Assembly: GCF_009914755.1 (NCBI RefSeq)
Contig: NC_060926.1
DNA length: 64,000 nt
Reading direction: 5' to 3' (one strand)
Source: the human T2T-CHM13v2.0 reference genome, Homo sapiens
Positions 58,875-64,000 of the stretch are shown here, piece by piece (the stretch's first letter is position 1; every line of letters starts with the position of its first letter). The translations under genes were made by a program, and so were the position numbers. Below the pieces are notes generated by a model. It searched no databases. It was not told the origin of the DNA and saw nothing but the letters and a program-made list of their open reading frames with translations.

Positions 58875-59593
58875 CCGATGCCAAATATTGTCTTTTCCAA
58901 ACCAACTCCAACACCAAGTGGGTGTCCAACCATTCTGTTCTCACACTAACTACCAGAGTTAGTGCAGACTCCACAGATCAAGGGCTGAGTCCCACAAGAC
59001 CGCCCCTATTTCAGACACCAGCTTCAAATGGAGGGCCCTAGCTACTCACACTCCTGCCTGGCCGACTACTAATTTGGAGGTTTTCACTACCCCCATTCAG
59101 GTTTGATAATTTGCTAGAATGACTCATGGAACTCAGGAAAGCACTTTACTTATGATTATTACCAGTTTACTGTGAAGGATATGACTCAGGAACAGCCAGA
59201 TGGAAGAGCTGCCTGGGGCAAGGGATGGGAAGGGGACAGAGCTTCCCTGACCTCTCCAGGCACACACCCTCCCAGCACCTCCACATGTTCACCAACCCAG
59301 GAGCCCCCAGACTGCATCATTTGGGGTTTTTATGGAGGTTCCACTATACAGGCATGATTGATTACAGCATTGGCCATTAATGATTGAACTCAATCTCTAG
59401 CCCCCCTCCCAAGAAGATGGGGAGGAGGACTGAAAGACCAATGCACACCGCCTCCAAGCCCCCATCCTAAAGCTACCTAAGCCCTCCTCATGAGTCGTCT
59501 CATTAGGAGAATAAAACAGTAAATTCCAAGGCTTTACGAACTCTGAACCAAGAACCAGGGGCAAAGATCAAATATTTACTTTTTATTATAACA
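58875..59593. mobile_element. MER21-family solo LTR (approximate ends)
   Basis: Shares motifs with 244-1200 (agggctgagtcccacaagac, ggtttttatggagg..caggcatgattgattaca). Confidence 0.6.
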
Positions 59594-60084
59594 CACTTCC
59601 CTTCACCTGTACGGCCACACCGCATCTAAACCACAGCCTACGCTCTACCATCATCCATGGGAACAAACATCTCATCTCATCACAAAGAAAACCTTCAAAT
59701 CAAGCAATGATTTTAAGTCTCCATTTGAATATCCTCCAGCTGCTCCACAGAGTTCTAAATTGAGGCACCCTAGAATCACCTGGCTAGGAATAGAAGGGTG
59801 TTATTCCAGGTCAGCTGATGACTCACAAAGCTGGAACACCTACCCTCTAAATTGGCAGTGAGAGCTCTGTCCTCAGTGGGAGTCAAAAGACCCATGGTGA
59901 GTAAATCCTATTATTAGCAGCTACAAGCCTTGATGCTCCCAAGCCCCTCTGAGCCAACCCTGGGCCTCCAGGCATCTCGAGACACAAATGGGCTGAAGCC
60001 TTCGTTCCTCCTTCTCCTGGAAAGAAAAAAATACCACCTTTCCCTTTGTCCAATTTATCAAACATTGATGTAGTGTCCCTGTGA

Positions 60085-60430
<346 letters not shown>

Positions 60431-60489
60431 TAAGACCAGGTGTCTCTCCATGGCAACACTCAGAGAAGAGCCTCTTACCTCCAGGATTC

Positions 60490-60885
60490 CTTACCTGTGG
60501 CTGCTCTTACAAAGTACCACAAACTGGGTGATTCAAAAACAACAAATTTATTCTCTCACAATTCTGGAGGCCTGAAGTTCAAACTCAAGGGGTCAGCAGG
60601 GCCGTGCTGCCTCTGAAGGCTTCAGGGAAGGATCTTCCCTTGCTTTTCCAGCTTCTGGTGGCTCCTGGTATTACCTGGCTTGTGGCAACATAACTCCAGT
60701 CGCTGCTGCCTCCATCTTCCATGGCCCTCTTACAAGGACACCAGTCATTGAGTTTAGGGCCCGCACAATCCAGTATGATTTTATCTTAAGTAGTTGCATC
60801 TGCAAAGACTACATAAAGTTCCATGTTGAGGTTTCAGACAGACATGAATTTTAGGGGGCAGGGGAGGGACATTCTTCAACCCAGT
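60490..60885. mobile_element. MLT1 (MaLR) solo LTR
   Basis: ggctgct..tacaaagtaccacaaactgggtg...tttattctctcaca.ttctggaggc pattern. Confidence 0.7.
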
Positions 60886-61815
60886 ATTCCTGTAAGGAGA
60901 AGTACAAAGAAGGAGGTGATTGATCCTTCCCAGATGGGGATGAGTACAGGCGTGAGTCGCCGCATCCAGCCAAGTGAGGAAGTTTTAACAGAACATAGAC
61001 TGCAGGGCGTGGCCCTGCAGGCTGTGCAGACAGGTAAGGAACAGGAGGAGAAGCCGGCCAGGACAAGAGATTGGACAGAAGCAAGGAGCACAGGCCAGAA
61101 AGGAGCTGCAGTGGGGCCAGACTCAGAGGCAAGGCAGGGGGCGACAGGGACTGTACAAGAGACCAAATCCCACAGGACCTCCTAGTGGAATAAGGAGCCG
61201 AGCTTTCCCTTACAGGCTGTGGGGGGTTTGCCCACCTTGCCCATGGCAAAGCCTTCTTCGGTCTGTGATTCTGTTCTGTTGTCACTTGTCATCCCTGAGC
61301 AGCACAGGAGTTGCACCTGTCCTCCCAGGTCTCCCAGGGCCCCCTATGCCACTCTCATTATCTCACTGATCATCCTACACTACAGTGACTTGATCTCCAG
61401 CCTGCCTTTCCACCACATTGTGAGCAGCTTGAAGAAGAGCCATGTCTTGTTCATCTTTATGTATCTGGAGCTGAGCACACTTGGTACACACTATGTGCAA
61501 GTACCTAAAACATTTAAATAACTAGCTTAATGGTCAGCCAGTGATTTTAAGCATGAGAGTGACTTTCAAACAATTGGAACCAACGCTCTCAACTCCTGAG
61601 GTATCCAAAGGGGCTCCTATGAAAACCAGGAGGAATGTTCTTTACAGGCGACTTTTTGCACAAAACAGAACTAAGCTTCAGCATCCCACCAGGAAAGTTT
61701 GCTTCTCTGACCCCCTCCACTCCCTAAGACTGGTGTTTCACTACCTTGTGTTTTATATTGAACCTCACCAAATGCTAACTTGCACTGAGCTATGCCTTCC
61801 GGATTCTTTTACTAG

Positions 61816-61911
61816 GCAGCTGCACTGGTTCATATCTACACAGATGGGTCTGTGTTGGTCACACATGGAAGCAATGAACTGGGACAAGGTATTCACACCA
61901 AAATGCTACAG
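61816..61911 (+). pseudogene. AOX2P: AOX2-like exon 27
   Basis: tag|[32 protein letters not shown]|gtaa, 96 bp. Confidence 0.94.
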
Positions 61912-63943
61912 GTAAAATAAATAAAATTAAACCATTATTCTCTATATACATTGTTGAAAGTTAGGATTCATCTATTAGGGTAAATGTTGACTCCCTGTAT
62001 TCAAACACTGAGATCTTGACTATTTAGTTGGACGGCTTCTTACATATCAAATAGAATGTAGAATGGCTGAGGTGGCAGAAATCCCACGTGTATGCAGACA
62101 GTCCTGGAGCTTGGCCAGGGTTCATGGATGGGGTGATCATTAGTGAAAACGCCACTAAGAAACCCATGGAGCCCTGTGGTGGGAGATCCAAGCAGGCAAC
62201 CAGGAGCAGGAGTTTCTCAGCTAGTTTTAATGTTTACATTTTAGACAACAATATTAGATTGCTAATGTTTTATTTTGACAAGTAAGAACAAGTATTTCAT
62301 CAACTGCCATCATCCTACAATTTTTATAAGATATTTAACACACATACATACACACCAATTAGTACGAATATAATCTCAGGAGAAAAACAAGAATAATTCT
62401 TTAAATAACCCTGTGACAAATGTATTAGATTTCTATAGCGCATTAGATTTCTATAGCGCACATCTGTAGCTTTTGACTATCCAGCCCCTTAGCTCATTTG
62501 GAGTACTGTACCTCTCACATGCCATATATTCCTGAAAGACTCCTCAATTTGGGTACCTTTCAGCTCCATCCCCATCCTTACTCCCACGCCTGCTGCAGAT
62601 ATAGGCACAAGACCCGCCTCTGGTCAGTCAGGGTTCCGGAATCCCACTGACTCTGGGAAAGGACACATGATTCAAGCAAGGCCACTCAGAGCCTTTCCTG
62701 GGACTGACGTGTAGATGCTGGGAGAAAGGAGCCATCTTTCCCCTGTGGCTGTTTAGGTACTATACTATAGGGCAGGGGCTGCCACAGGCAGTTCTGTGCC
62801 ATGGATGGAACCGGCCATCGTAGAAAGAAAAGCAAATGTGAGAGGCTGAGAGGAGACCCTGACGAGACCACAAAGCCCCTAGATACACATGTACTTCACA
62901 CTAGCTCCATCTATCCTGCCCAGTTATATGAACCAACAAATTCCCTTTGGATTTTCACCACCCAGAAACAACAAAGTCATCCCTTTTTTTCATTTTGCTT
63001 CTTTCTGGAGAAACTTCATATTGAATGACATTAGTCAGAAGATTAGCATTTGAGAACGGGATATCATGAGAAGGTGTTTTTTGCAAACACAAAAAGACAA
63101 GAGAAGCCAAAATAATGTTTTTTCCTTTCCCTTTCTTCTTTTTCATCTCTTTCCTTGTCATTTCTTGATTAAATATCTTCATCTCCACATGTGTTTGCTA
63201 GAGAAACTGGAAGGAAAAGAGCAGAAAAGAAGCCAGGTGCAGTGGCATGCACCTGTAGTCCCAGCTACTCAGGAGGCTGAAGCAGGAGGATCACTTGAGT
63301 CCAGGAGTTCAAGATCAGCCTGGACAACACAGTGAGACCCCATCTCTAAAATAATAATAATAATCTTTTAAAAATTATTTTTAAGAACCAGAAAAAATGA
63401 ACAGCAAATACTGGAGGAATATAAGCAAGGGAAAACAAATAGAAAACAGAGGGGGAGGATAAGAGCAAGAAAAAGGTCCTCAGGGTCATTCCAAGTTCAT
63501 CTGATACTGATATCGAAAGATTTCAGACCAAATTCTGAGCCAGTCTCATCTCAGTCTCCCCTCTTTCTCTCTCTCTCTCTCTTCCTCTCTCTCTCTCTCT
63601 CCCTCCATCCCTCTTTTTCTTCCTGCCACTGAACCAAATAAGTGCCTGAAAATCTCAATTTGGCCTACTTCCTACACATCTAAAACTTAGAAAAAAGGAA
63701 ATTCTTAACATTCTAAACGGACTCAATTTGAAAAGAACCACTGTGGAATATTACCAAGAAAACGCTGTAAAAATGAGCATGAGGCCTTACAAAAAAAGTA
63801 GTTTTGATGCTTATAAAGTACATTATTTTAGTCTTAAAAGGGTACCATGGATGTAATAACAAATAATTTTTATTAAGAAAAATAATGATTCAAATCTTCA
63901 TAGAAGTCCTTGCTGGACTTGAAAATATTTATGTTTCTCATAG

Positions 63944-64000
63944 GTGGCCAGCCATGAGCTAAAAATACCCATGTCCTATATGCACATCTGTGAAACGAGC
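63944..64000 (+). pseudogene. AOX2P: AOX2-like exon 28 (partial, cut by the window end)
   Basis: tag|VASHELKIPMSYMHICETS... Confidence 0.9.

Overview
Primate (very likely human) genomic DNA, rich in Alu, L1, MIR and LTR repeats, with no intact protein-coding gene. It holds two tandem, same-strand, intron-containing pseudogenes of the aldehyde oxidase (AOX; molybdo-flavoenzyme) family, consistent with the AOX3P-AOX2P locus downstream of AOX1 on human 2q33. The locus and paralogue assignments rest on recalled protein similarity, not on a search, and exon numbers follow the conserved 35-exon AOX/XDH structure. (1) ~2.2-25.9 kb: a heavily decayed AOX3-like copy retaining exons 13, 14, 16, 17, 18, 19, 23, 26, 27, 29 and 30. 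It has stops, frameshifts, dead splice sites, missing exons, a 4 kb old L1PA inserted inside exon 18, and exon 26 lying inverted on the minus strand. (2) 32.0 kb to the window end: a much better preserved AOX2 (AOX3L1)-like copy with exons 11-28 in order and every visible splice site canonical GT-AG. It carries stops in exons 11 and 14, a +1 frameshift in exon 20 and a 3x24 bp hairpin tandem repeat in exon 26. Only ~6 kb separates AOX3 exon 30 from AOX2 exon 11, implying a large deletion. I found no credible new biological system; the notable signals are mutational and rearrangement fossils and possible RNA-level activity of the pseudogenes. Most ORFs in the provided track are Alu/L1-derived or chance frames.
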